Below, in pieces: positions 39,210 through 52,359 of a DNA stretch of 64,000 nucleotides (position 1 is its first letter; each line of letters begins with the position of its first letter). The position numbers were made by a program, and so were the translations under genes. Origin of the DNA: Hyphochytrium catenoides (lineage: Eukaryota > Protista > Hyphochytriomycota); the NCBI GenBank assembly GCA_900088475.1, contig FLMG01003337.1, forward strand, positions 62,001 through 126,000, written 5' to 3'. The notes below the pieces were generated by a model that was not told the DNA's origin, searched no databases, and saw only the letters and a program-made list of their open reading frames with translations.

Positions 39210-40828
39210 TTACCGAATGGTGTTACGACGACAGATGCTACCTCTAAAGCGCTTGTAAGGCTCCAGCAGCATGCGGGCTACTTCTTCATCGATGGGAGCC
39301 CAAAAGTACTCTTCAGAGCCTCGCTCTTGAAAGGACGCCAGCATCATCTGACGAAGCCCATCGCTAATATTTAGCTCGAGCGGGGCGTTACTCTTGATGT
39401 AAACCTCTATCATCTTTCCCGTGGCGGCCTGCCGCTCTTCAGGTGGGAGGCTCTTGAAGGCCACAGAGGCCTTCACGTAACAGCCGTTCTCCACACAGAA
39501 TTCCGTCACCAGATAAGAGGAAAAGAGTTGCAGCAGCTCTGAGCTGCTGAGGAAGAGGCGCTCTTTCAGCTCCGTACTAGTGTGCAGTGCAGGCACGCTG
39601 GACTGTTGTGACACGTCGGCTACTTTCCGCGCCAAGTCTGTGAACATGGAATTCTTCCTTTGGTTGATATTATATCGAGAACCTCCTTTTCTCTCATAGG
39701 CAAAGGAGTAGTAGAGCAGCCGAACCGGGTAGACCCATGTGTAAAGGTGTGCAGCCAGCATGTACGAGAGAGCAGCGCCTTCGATGTAGTTGTATGCCTT
39801 GTCAGGATCTTGCTCCCCTTGCGATATGGCAGACAGGATGTCATAGCCCATCATAGCAAAAAGGATGACCGTAGCCGCGCTAATCAAAAGCGACTTGAGA
39901 CCGAACACTTCCTTCACATTCCTCAGCAGCGTGACGGAGAGAAAGAAGAGGACGAAGGGATAGAGGATCCCGTTCGCAAAGTCCAATTGGAGCTAGAAAA
40001 AGAGAAGATAAAGGAAGCGTTACAATGGGCATTCAGCAGTCGGTCTAAGAAATGACAAGATGGCTTTGGCCCAGGAGGGTCTACGTGTCTATGATGTAAA
40101 GAACTAACATCTATCACCGTCAAAAAATGACGAATGCAAACAGGGCTAGAGGTGACGGCACGAATCAGGAAGAGGAGGATAGATAGGCGTTAGGAGGATC
40201 AAGGACTTACGTCAGTAGGTTCAAAGTTGAGGCATTCAGCACTGGCGTGAGCATGGGACCAGTACGGAGCAACCCTCACCGCTCTCGGGATCACTGAAAG
40301 CCATGCCTCCACCATGCAGACCACTGCCACAGCGGCAATGAACTTTTTGTTGGTCAGCGAATGATAGTGCCGTACCACCCAGGAGGAACGCCCTTCAAGC
40401 ATATCTCTGTTATAGTCGTGCTCCAGCCGTACGCGAATAACGGAAAGGATAAGGCACCAAGCCAGCGGGAACAGTAGCATGTCCCATCCTAGAAGCTGTA
40501 GCCAACAAGGTGCACCAGAGAGAAAATGCTGAGCACAAGCCAAAATGGCTAGCATCACACCAAGTTCACATACTATCAACGCGTTGACGTTGATAATATA
40601 AAGAGGGAAAGTCTTCCGCCTAAGATACAGGAGGACAATAACAATCGAGGAAAGTGTATAAGCGGAACAGAAGATTGCTCCTTCGAGTGCCGCAAAGAGT
40701 TCTGGACGGTTGTCCACGTCCTCCTCCTGACCCAAAGAATTTTCTCCCCCTTCTCCTCCGCTACTAGCATCCGCCAGGCCCGCCAGTTGCGGAGATGATA
40801 CCATGTCTTCGAGGGACAACTTGCTCAT
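39210..40828 (-). CDS. 7TM-RGS protein, copy A (2 exons: 40828-40211, 39992-39210)
   Basis: Seven hydrophobic segments, then an RGS box: LFSSYLVTEFCVEN...YIKSNAPLELNISD...EVARMLLEPYKRF. The GTAAG at the stop could instead be a further donor site. Confidence 0.85.
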
Positions 40829-43800
40829 TATGTTTCTTTGCGTCACCTTGAAGAATATGTCTCTTTTTTTCGTCTCTCTGTTCGTTCACTGCCTTCCCAA
40901 ACTGTTTGGAAGGTAGCTTTCCAAGCGATAAGCAAAAGGAGGAAGTGACGACTTTCTGTGAAGCAGAAGGAGGGCCTCAGCAGAGAGCTAATATCCGGCT
41001 TGGCACCGTGATGATGATGCGTTCTCGTCTTCGACTTTACGAAGGAAGATCCAATGCTTTGATGGCGAATACTAGACTGAGACGGTTTGGCAAAATGACA
41101 GTGGCAGGACCAAAGACTTCGCGGTGCTTGCGTGCCTGGGTTGCCGTCGTCTTTGTCGTCTGGCATTCCCCAGCTGGGTATTGGAGTAGTACAGAGTTGA
41201 AGAAGTAAGAGAAAGAGGAAGGAGAAAGAACGAGGAGATAGCCTAGGATGGGCAGATTGCTACGCACTGGTTTAGGGTTGATCAGTACCGCGGGCCAGGT
41301 ACCAGAAGGGGAGAGATGCTGGTGGCGAATACCAAGAGAAGAAAAGAAAGCGAGAAGAGGATCAGCCTGGGAGAGGAGAGCCCTGAAGAAGCCCGCCTCA
41401 CTAATAGCGCTTCTTTTTCAAGGGCTCTTCTCCTGATGAAGGAGCGAAGACATCGAACGGAGAGAGACAGGACGTGGAGAGAAGAAGGGAAGTCAACGAA
41501 AGACTGGGTTCCAAGATTGGAAGGTGGTCAACATTATTTCAGAGGCAACGTACGCAGTTTATTATTAGGCCGCACCAATAGAGCAGATCCTCATCCTCAT
41601 CCTGCCTGCTGCAAGCTCAGCTTCTTGCAGGGATCAGAACCCAAAGAGTTCTACTCCGGCACTTGTTGGTGTCTATCTCTTGCATTTGTTACTATTATAC
41701 ACCTCGTGTTTGTCTGTGGGTCGCAAAGGTACTTCTCTGGTCTGTCTTTCCCTCCTTGCTTCTCTCGCTCCCTTCCTTCTCGATCCCACTCACTGCCTCC
41801 TTTTTCTGTGCCTCTGTGCCTTCTCCCTGCCTCGTCCACCTCTCCTTTCAGTCCTCCTCACATAATAATAGGGGACCGCACTAGCGGCTATGACTCTAGT
41901 CATGCATCATGTTATGGGGACATTGATGGTTGATGTCCACCTGACTATAGAGGCTAGCTGGCTTTCCCTCATGCTTCTCTTCCTTCTTTTCCTCCCTTTC
42001 TTGTTCTTCTTTGGCTCTCCCATCTTTCGCCTTCTCATCAGTTCTCTCTTCTTCCCTCAATCCTTCTTCTCTCCTCTCATCACCAGCCAAACCTTCCCTC
42101 CCTTTTAAACCAGCACATTTGCACCTGCACCTGCTTGATAACCGCCTCGTCCACGGCCAGAACATAGCTACCAGCAGCCACCGTTCAAGGCTCGGTTGTG
42201 GTTTTTGACCCTACTCCGTCTCCCCTTCTCGTACGTCCCGTCACTTCATCACGTCACTCGATCGTTACGCCTCCCTAACACGACTCCATCTGTTCTCCTC
42301 TGGACTCTTGGTTGTTACGCTGGGAAGAAGAGCTGGTAGGCGCATGCTAAGGAGAAAAGTGGAAGAAGAACTGAACGAAGAAGGATCATCAGGAACAGGT
42401 GCAAGCAGTGAGAGTGGACGATGGAGGAACAAGTGAAGGGCGAGCAACAGGAAGGGAATGAGGTGAATTTCTTGACATAAAGCACTGTGAGAATACAGCA
42501 AAAAGGGAGAACAAAAGGTACGAGTCAGCGCAGAAGGAAGAGCCAGGCCGAGGCCGAGAGAGAGAAGAGAGGGCGATCTGCTTGGGGAAGGCTTTGCTGT
42601 CCCATCGTCCCCTCAAGTGCCTGCTCTTGCCATGCTGCCCGTCTGTATAGCCTTCCTAAGAGTAGACCTAGGACGAGAGGCGAGCTGCTGTGCCAGGCTC
42701 AATCACACGCCAGCCGAAACCTTTGCACATGGACCATTTCAAAACCAAAGCACCGCCCCACTTAGCAGAAGAAGAAGCCTATTCTACTTGGTTGACACGT
42801 GGTCCCAGTAGAGGAGTAAAACAGAAGTGTAACGGCCTCAGCTTTCAAAGTTTTGGATCTTAGTCTGTCCCTCCCTCTCTCCCTCCTCCAGCTCCTCCTC
42901 CTCTCTCGCTATCGCTTCGCCCTATGGTTCGGTGCTGGCACTCCAGAGCTTGCTCTGTCTGTTGGTCGTCTGCCTCTTCTCGACAACGATCTTATACGTT
43001 TGCCTCTGCTCCCTCGTCTCCTCTTCCTTGGGTTCGCGCGGTTCTCGATATTCATTATCACGTGCTCGCTCTCGGGTTCTTTGCCTTTATTTGTTCTCTG
43101 TCGTCCTCCCAGCTTTCGGGCGTAGTGCATGGTTTGGTCTCGTCAACTATTCAAAGTGGTCGTCGAGGGAACTCTTGTTGATCCTCCGATCTTCGCGTCC
43201 CTTCGGGCTCTTCCTCATCTCTATCTTTCCCGCCTCGGTTTTAAGAGCCACCCGTTCTTCTTCTCCGCCAGTCCTTCCTTCCTTCACTCCTCATCTGAAT
43301 GTACTATCATATCTCAGCGGCCACCGTGATAAGCCGAAGAACCTTTCAGACTCAAAGCGCGTCGGCAATCGCTTGAACTTTTATAATAAAACTCTTAAGA
43401 TCAACAATCTCCTTTCCTACTTCGAAGACTTTGTTCTCCCGAGTTTAATGACTGATTGGTATATCGCTCTCGTCAACTTTATCAGCCTGTTCCCTCACCG
43501 CTGGCTTACATACGATACCAGCGCTTGTCCTTCTTCCTTCGGTTTGTTGTTGCGAGTGAAGAAGGTACACTGTCATTTTTTTTCCTACTTAGACCAAACT
43601 GTGGCTTCCATACTTCCTCCTCCCGACAGGGCACTGTCGTGCTTTAACACCCATCAGTCCAAATAATGTTTCCAATATATTCTTCTTCGGAGGACCCCAG
43701 CAGCAGCAGCACATGACGCTAATAAGCCAAGAGACACAAGGCACGGCCGGTAGCGTCTGTCTGATGGATTGATTGATGTGATGATGAGGTCTGTGTCACT

Positions 43801-44687
43801 TAAGGCTCCCTCTACGCGCAATCTTTTGTCATTTGAACATGGTCCGGTGGCTAGCCATTGGATAGATGTTGATGGAAGATAGAGCTTGTTCTCGACGTTT
43901 GTAAGGCAATGGAGGCGCATCAAGCTGATAAACTATGCACTGTCCTCATTTGCTTTAATTCACCACTGTCCTTGTACGTGGGCTGCTGCTGGCAGTCTTA
44001 ATAACCATTCATAACATGCTCACCATAGATTAGAAAGACAGTGGTGGCTTGACCGTTGCTCATCAACCACATCGGCTATGCAACAGGTCACTGCCCATCC
44101 TCCTATGAATCCTGCATACGTACCATGGGCAGGCTTTGAGGAAACACGAGGTAAAGGAAGCCGTAGAGCCACGCCACCACTAGGTGGGCACAGACTATAG
44201 AAAGCGCTGGATGTCAGCTGATAGAGGATGGTGGACCGAGTAAGAATATGCCCTGCGAACCTTTCATCAGATTCATGCCTTAGTAGAGAGTACTACTATC
44301 TGCAGCGGCACTCAGAGCCTCGAACACTAAGCGCCGCATAGATCTGCTATTATCTCCCTTACTGGCCCCTAGCCGACAGCAAGTAGAGGAGACTCCTGAC
44401 CATTACCTGGTCCCGCACAGGTGTGGAGGACGATCAAGACGCCAGCGTGAAGAGAGAGGCACCTGAGCTGACAACCTGCAGCATAAAGCATCCGGGACGG
44501 GTTCGCCTGGGGCTATGACGTGACAAGAGGTGCTGCTAAACCTACTCGAAGACAACAGAGGCCACTGCTGGATATGACCAAGTCCAGATTTTTAAAGGTG
44601 GAAGTAGTGTGATAGGGCGAACGTTGCCTCTAGTCTTGTATGAGACCGTCACGCAATCCTTGAGTTTGGAGAATCTTGATGGAGCGG

Positions 44688-44927
44688 CTAGAGTCTTTGG
44701 TCCTTATTATTCCCTGACAACCTCTGTTTTTCTTCCAGCTGCTGCTGATAGGGTTGTTGAAGGGGAGCTTGTGCCGAGGGAGGTGGCGGAGGAGGAAGAG
44801 CTCTTTTCGGTCCCCGGATCATGTCATACCGCGTGAAAACGATGCCTGCGGTCACGATTCCTTGAAAGACAAGCAAAGCCTTCCAACGGTGCTCGTATAG
44901 GTAGCTCGCGAAGCCTCTGGAGTTCAT
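44688..44927 (-). CDS. Putative 79-aa single-TM microprotein with polyproline/Gln-rich tail
   Basis: GCAGCTATG start; MNSRGFASYLYEHRWKALLVFQGIVTAGIVFTRYDMIRGPKRALPPPPPPSAQAPLQQPYQQQ. Organisation looks protein-like, but no homology is recognised. Confidence 0.45.
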   Translation of the reverse strand: MNSRGFASYLYEHRWKALLVFQGIVTAGIVFTRYDMIRGPKRALPPPPPPSAQAPLQQPYQQQLEEKQRLSGNNKDQRL

Positions 44928-47900
44928 AGCTGCGATTGAAATGGAGCTAAGGATAACGTTTACGAAGAACACCTCCTGCCACCACCGTCGAGTTGAAGGC
45001 TCTTAATGATAATAATGTAAGTAGATTCAATCACCGCGCAGCAAGCAGCAGCAAGCAAGATGGCCAATTGTTGAACGGTGCGGCAGCAGGAGGGCGCAGC
45101 GGGCCGACGGCGCGACGTCTTCTGACTACGACGAAGGTTCGTAGCAGATGAGATCAAAAGGATCCAATGTCCAGACGAATGGTGAAGCCTAGCAGTGCTG
45201 GTAACGGCTAGATCAATGTGAGATGGGCGTTAGCTGCTACTACTGGGTTGGTTCCTTGGTGCATAATGACCTGCCATCATCATTGCTTGTGCGTGTGTCT
45301 GCTGGTGGGAGAGGGAGGGAGGAGGAGGATTCGATGATGGTGGAGAAGTGGAGAATGAGGAAGAGGAGAATGGGAAGGAGGAGGAGTAGCCCTGCCCAGC
45401 AGCCACTTTTTTTTGTTTTGACGGCAGTAGCAGCATCGACAGGCTGCAGCCAGCAGCAGGATATGGCGGCGACATTAGTAGGGCCGCAGGAGGAGGACAG
45501 TAGTAATAGATCACTCTCCAATACCTTCTTCAGCAGCACGCACTTGCGGCTGATAAGATTTTTATTTTTTTTACTGTTGTCGGTGGTGGGTCATCATCAT
45601 CCACAACCATAGTGATTATACCAGAGACGCGGGAAAGTAGAAGAGGTGGGTTCGACGATACTACGACGTCAGTATATATATGCCAGTATATGGGAGGAGG
45701 ACGTGTTGCGCGAAGAAGAAGAATAATGACGATAAGGAAGAACAACTAAGTAGTAGGGGATTAGGTGGGGTATTTTTTGGTGGGGTTATGCCCGTCGCCG
45801 CTGGGCGTGGTTGCAGTTAGTTGTTGTTGCGAGCATATTAGTTTTTGACGCCGCCGCGCCGCCGCGCCAACAAGATTCATCTGCACCAGGAGCAGAGGAC
45901 AGCGGCTGCTGGATGGTCGTCTGCCAGTCCGCCGGCTGCTGCGCTGCTGTTCTCTCCAATTGCTCTTCTCTGCTGTTGCTGATACTCAGCTCCGTTTATT
46001 GCTACCCGTATCATAAGAAGTGATGCCTTGAAAAAAGGAGCCACGTCACTTCAGGCGCAACACCACCGATCATCATCATCAGAAGAAACTCTGCCGTCGA
46101 AAGCATACATGGTGTACATTCATCGCCAAAGACAGAGCAGATTAACAGAAAGAGGCATCGGGGACCAACAATGCTACGAGCTGACTGCACCTGCCCCCAT
46201 TGAGCGGCGGATGGCTTTCACTCATCAGTACTGAACTTGTCCATTACTAAGCAGAGCTTATACCTGACATTATGGAATCGCCTTTGCTGCTAGCGGCCAT
46301 ACTACCACCACAAATGACTCGGGGTAGATGATGACAGAAGAGGGGAGGAATAACATAATAGAGAGACTGCGTTCAGCAGGAAGGAGAGAAGATATTACCT
46401 GTGCTGCCGGGTCCTGGGGTCTCCTTTTGGTGAAGGTTCAAGAAAAAAACAGGTCAACGAGCTTATTTCACAGTCAGTAGCGCAGGAACTGTTATGGGGG
46501 AAGATCAATATAAGTCTTCACTTTGCATTCGGCGCGAACATCAGATGATTGAGACTAAAGGAAAACCTGTCTTGCATGTCCCGCCGTCTGCGGAGACATT
46601 AACATGGACTGCTACGGATATTCGTACTATTACTATGCAGCACTTACCCAAAGCAGCTTTGAATCTACAGCAAGCGCTCTTACACTCATCATAGCCGCCA
46701 CACTTATAAGAGCAACAGCGTTGTCTGGACTATCTGGAGCAACAAATCCCTTGTCGTCTGCTCCTTCTAGAAAAAAAGGTACATGCGGTGACTTAGCGGA
46801 GAGTAAGTTCGTGGTGGTGGTGGTAGAATCTTATCTCCTAGTTAATAACTGCTTCAGCCCCTCAGACCATGTGTACCTGCTGGTCGCCTCCTAGCACTCG
46901 ATCTTTGACATGCCGGAGCAATGCATCGATGGTGGACAAGAAGTCAGAGCTCTGCTCTTTCTGTTGACAACCTGTCCGTTTCAAGTGCTCTAGTCACGTC
47001 CTTCTTAACGGACCGCCTCTCAAGGACTACACCATTCTTGGCAGGTCCAGGTGGGCCGGTCCACCATACCAGGTGGGTTGATGGTTGTAACGGATGAAGG
47101 TGAAAGTGGGCCGAGAAAGATGATGCTTTAGCCTCCTCATGAGTCTCTTCTTCTTCTGCTCATTCCTTCTCCCTTTTCTAGCGCCACAGTGTCCGGTCCT
47201 GTCTGTTACGTTCGGTCCTTAGCCTTGGTGGTGGTGCCACGTCATCAACGTTGTCCCATCTCTTCAATTCCTCTTCTCTATTCCTTTAGTGTCAGCCCGG
47301 CCCTCATAACGTTCACTGACTTGAGGTCTATGGCTTTACGTTGGATGATCGAATGATAGAGGGAGCAGAGAGAGTTAAGTAGGCAGTACCCAGCACATCA
47401 TCCGACCATGTTTCTTTTCACCCGACGAGTGGGTTCTTGGCTAACTTCTCTGTGATGACAAGAGAGAAAGATTAGTAAAAATGACGTAGTGGTTCATTAG
47501 AGGAGCCATAGGTTTGTGAGAAGAGGAGCCAGGAGTGCTGTCAGAGGAGGATAGAGAGCCTAAGACGGAGAGGAATATAATTGAGCATAGCGTTGTCGTC
47601 GGACGACGACGAAGGATTAGTCGGTGGAGGAGACAGTTAGCAGCAACGACCAAGTTGCTGAGTCACCCACTCGCTTCTCTCATAAGCAGCGGTCATTAGC
47701 ATATCCAAGTCAATCGACTGCCAGGTACAAAAGAGAAAGAAGAGTATACGCGTCTGACACAGGGAGGGTGGGGAGAGAGTAGTATAGACAACAGCAGAAG
47801 ACGAGCCTAGGACAGCAGAAAAGAGGGGGAAGGACAGCGTATTAGCAGTAAGCCTCACCGTAGTAAAGGCGAACGACAGATTAAGAGGGTCGAGAGTGGG

Positions 47901-48729
47901 GCAGCAGCGAGGAGCTCTAAGCTAAAGCAAAGTTTGACCAAGAACGAGCTGCCACTCAATTTCTAGCCCTAAATGATGAAGAGGGCGATCGGAAAGCTAA
48001 CCTACCTCCTGCCGATCCGGTTCAAAATGCCCAGCAATAATGGAGGAAAAAGCGTCTCACCCCTATGATGAAACGCCTAGTAACGACAAGCTATTGACCT
48101 CCTCATCAGCAGAGGCAGCACCGAGAAGGAAGGCGGCTGCCTTTGATCTGCAGGAGAGAGATCTGATCAGAGCTAGCACCTCATCAGTCCCCATATACTG
48201 CTAAGAGACCTTTTCTCACCGCATCATCCAGGTCACCTCCTCCTCCTTCATTCTTCATCATCACCTATCGCTCTTTTTGTCTAAATTAGAGGTAGGACGT
48301 GTCCGAACGGCAGGCCAAGTCAGCCTAACCAATATGTCACGTGAGGACAAGGTTTGGTATTGCCAACCTATCTATCACCGCAAGCTTGGCATTTGCCTGA
48401 GGATTGTGGCATGACTACCTGCAAATGATCAAAGACACGCTTTGATCCCAGTTCTGGGCCGCCAATGGCTACCTATCTCTTTCCTTTATAGTTTTCAAGT
48501 GCGCTGATGAAGATCATGCCAGGGCAGCATTGAAGGTTTTGGCTGATAACACTGAACTAACAGCAGCAATCTCCTTTGGCAGATTTACTTCGTCGTCTTG
48601 AAGACGGTACGAAAGATTAGAGGAGGCTCGCGATTGCCCAATTCCTCCACCGGTAAAACTCGCGGACTACTCAGCAGACACTCTCCTTGCTGTTTGCAAC
48701 AGTGTATCGCTAGAGAAGCGAAGAAAGAA

Positions 48730-50393
48730 ATGGCCTCATCAGAACTCGTAGGGGAGACGAGATCAGCCTCAACCCAGGCAGTAATGGCGGATGGAGGAGC
48801 CAGGGCAGACGATGAAACCAGTCAAGAAGTGGACAACCGTCCACAGATTTTTGCTGCTCTGGAAGGAACAATCTTCTGTTCAGCTTATGTACTGTCCTCA
48901 ATCGTGATAGTCCTCCTTCATCTAAGGCGGAAGACTTTCCCTCTGTACATACTGAATGTTAATGCGTTGATAATCTGTGAGATAGGAGTGATGTTAGCCA
49001 TCGTGGCAAGTACACAGCACTTCCTTCCAGGTGCACCCTGCTGGTTGCAGCTTCTTGGGTGGGACATGCTGCTGTTCCCATTAGCTTGGTACCTCATCCT
49101 GTCTGTCATCCGCCTTCGGTTGGAGCATGACTATAACAGAGATATGCTGGAGGGGCGGGTCTCCTGGGTGGTGAAAAATTATCACTGGCTGACCAACAAG
49201 AAGTTTATCGCCTCTGTGGCGCTGATCTGCATGGTGGAAGCCTGGTTATCTATGATTCCCCGAGCTGTGCGAACGGCCGCCTATTGGTCCCATCCTCACG
49301 CCAGTGCTGAGTGTCTCAACTTTGAGCCCGCAGATGTAGGTGCCCGTACCTTATTTAGCTGCTCTACTGCAATATTTGTTGAACTTCTGTGTCGTCCGGG
49401 CATATCTATCAATAACCTTCACGTCTCTTCATCCAACTTTTATAGTTCGTTTATCTGTAGCTTGGCATGTCATAGAAGTGTATCGTCATTTCCACTGACT
49501 CTGCGCCGTCCCTCTGTCTGCTTTTCTCCTTACCAATGCAGCTGCAACTGGACTTTGCCAATGGTATTCTCTATCCTCTCCTCCTTTTCCTTCTTTCCGT
49601 AACAATGCTCAGAAATGTGAAAGAAATCTTCGGCCTCAAACCTCTTCTCATCGGCGCCGCTACTGTCATCCTCCTTGCTATGATGGGCTATGACATTCTA
49701 ACCGCCATAGCACAAGAGGAGCAAGATCCTGATAAGGCTTACAATTACATTGAAGGTGCCGCTCTTTCTTATATGCTTGCTGCACACCTCTACACGTGGA
49801 TCTACCCAGTTCGCCTTCTTTATTACTCATTCGCCTACGAAAAGAGGGGATCGCAGTACCGCGGCCGAGAGAGGAAAAACTCCATATTCACAGATTTGGC
49901 TCGGAAGGTAGCCGATGAGTCTCAACAGTCCAGCGTTCCTCCGTTGCAGACGAGCACCGAACTTAGAATGCGTCTCTTTCTAAGCAACTCAGAATTGCTC
50001 CGTCTCTTTTCTTCTTACCTGGTGACCGAATTTTGCGTGGAAAATGGTTGTTACGTAAAGGCATCTGTGGCCTTCAAGGGTCTCCCGACTGAGCAACGCC
50101 AAGCTGCGACAGACAAGATGATAGACATCTATATCAAGACCAAGGCTCCCCTAGAGCTTAATATCAGCGATGGCCACCGGCAGATGGTGCTGGCGTCTTA
50201 CCATGAGCGGGGCTCTGAAAAAAGCTTCTGGAACCCCATCGACGAGGAAGTTGCGCGGATGTTGTTGGAGCCGTACAGACGCTTCAGAGGCGCCATCTGC
50301 CGCCGTAATACAATCTATTATGCTTGTTTAAGATTGGATGAAGCCCACAAGATGAGCAGCGGCAATCAATTGATGATGCGGCTTTATGACTAG
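48730..50393 (+). CDS. 7TM-RGS protein, copy B (2 exons: 48730-49335, 49542-50393)
   Basis: Colinear with copy A along nearly its whole length, with the same intron position (after CLNFEP(A/T)D). RGS box EFCVEN...APLELNISD...EPYRRF. Confidence 0.85.
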
Positions 50394-52359
50394 AGCGCGG
50401 GCGGTTAGTAAGGAAGATGAGCACAGTTTAGATCACTCGCAGAGGGAAAAGGAAAGTCATCAGTTTCTTGTTGTTTAGTGAAGTCGATAACCGGTACGAT
50501 GTAGAGAGGAGCGAGAGCGTCTTCTTAAGTCGTAGTACTACAAGAACAGGGAAGACCCAGTAGGGAAAGTAGTCTCATCTTTCTCTTGGGAGAGAGTGAA
50601 ACTGGGAGCGCCAACAGGCCCAGGCGAAGTATCCTATAGTTGTCCAACAAAAAAGATGGCCCTGAGGTGGTCTATCAATAGCAAACCCGAGGAAGAAGGG
50701 AAGAAGTCAAGTTCAAGCATGGCGCTAAGGACGTCTGCAGCAGCAGCGCACACCAAACGATGGAATTTGAGGACGGCTGCTGATTGAGAAAAGCATATTA
50801 ATGCTGAGAAAAGTGAATGCGGACCTTCCGAGGGCTCGGGGGAGATAATAAGACGAAAGGGAATCCCTCAAGGAGCTTCCCCCCTGAGATCTTCTGATAA
50901 TACACTGATGACGGGAAAGTGGCAAACACGCAGTAGAACGAGGAATCGGTCTGCTCACTGAAGTTGAAGTTCCTTCCTCCGGGCACTGACGGCTCATAAT
51001 ATCTTAAGGTACTGATGCAACTCTTTCCCCTTATCATGCGCTAAGGAAGCAACCATGAGATGGGTTGTTTCTTGGCCATTCTCGGGGTCTTTACGGCTGC
51101 AGCCAAGAAAAGGTTTCTTTCTCTTCTTCTTCTTGCACAACGGTAGTTCACCACATCAATCAGTCAGTAGCGACCAAAACCCCATTATTGTCATTTCTTT
51201 TTATTACGAGTAGTCCACCTAGGAACTCCCAGCTGCGACGGTCGCTCCACCCTGTCACCAACAACAAGCGAGTCCTGAGATAATGGCAACCGCAGACATG
51301 ATGATGATGCCCTCTTCCTCCAGCCCTCCTTCTTCTTCTACAACAACAAGCCCAAGGCCTGGTGCAGTTGAAAGACTGGAGAGAATGCGAAAGGTGATGT
51401 CCTTGTCATGATGGATAGTGAGATAGTTGAAGCTTTCAAAGAGTTGATGGGACATTTCATGAAACTTTGCACCCCAGTCCAATGCTTCACACCTCCGTCC
51501 CGTCATACATTTCCTTTCTTTTGCAGGAAGCTTTCAGGCGAAAAAAACGAAACAGAACCACCACAACAACAGGATCTCTTCACATCGTGACACCTTTTGG
51601 CCTTTCCATTTTTCCTTTCTTTGGCGTCGTCGCCCCTGCCGAACCAGCGGCAGCGGGCACCATCCGCCGCCCCTTCCTTCACTTCATGCAGCAATCCAGC
51701 TCCTCTGACAAAAAGAATCCACCAAGCAGCAGGAAGTGTGGGCGGCCCCGCCATCCGTTCATCACAAGATCTTTTCTCAAGGAATCATACTCCTGCTGCA
51801 GTTCAAAGAGGAAGAAGGCAGCATTGCCACTATTATCAGCAGAGTCCGTCAGCCAGAGAGACAGCCCGAGAGACTGGGGTGGCGGTGTACAATGACGAAA
51901 TTCAATGAGCGAAGGATGACGAATAAATCCGGCAGATAGAGTAGGAACTATCCTCTCTCGCTTGCTTATTACGACTACGTTTCAGACACTGCTAAACTTG
52001 CTGCTCAGATGCATGCGTCGGGCGTGGCACCACTGCGCCTGTTGATGGATAATACAGGATCTATCTAGTTGTACCCAACAACCTGTGATAGCCTTCTACA
52101 TACATACTGTCCCGTCTTTCACCATTGGAGGTTCAATTTGCAGACAGCACCTCCCTTCCTGTTTCACGTCCTCTATATGCAGTCAAGAGAATGGCAGACA
52201 TTGCCGGGTCTCATTCCTAATCTTCGTAGAGAGTTCGGAAGTCTGGCCACCACTACTGCCTTCGACTTCAAAACTCGGGCCGGCCCGCGCTCATAAAAAC
52301 ATCATTGAGCCATAAGGGTTTAGCTGCTGCCGCCCAACCATACGCCGACCCCAAATAAA

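Noticed and set aside
41000-43900. Many overlapping ORFs of 60-244 aa (e.g. 41316-41933, 42932-43666)
   Set aside because: Products are Ser/Leu/Phe- or Arg/Glu-rich by-products of purine/pyrimidine-skewed low-complexity DNA, with no motifs.
44122-44462. Two possible minus-strand exons with good splice sites
   Set aside because: No start, consistent frame or recognisable product could be established.
45000-48500. Possible transposon or second inverted-repeat arm in the RGS spacer
   Set aside because: No terminal repeats, transposase/RT motifs or arm-to-arm similarity visible; only short CAG/GAG/CAT-type low complexity.
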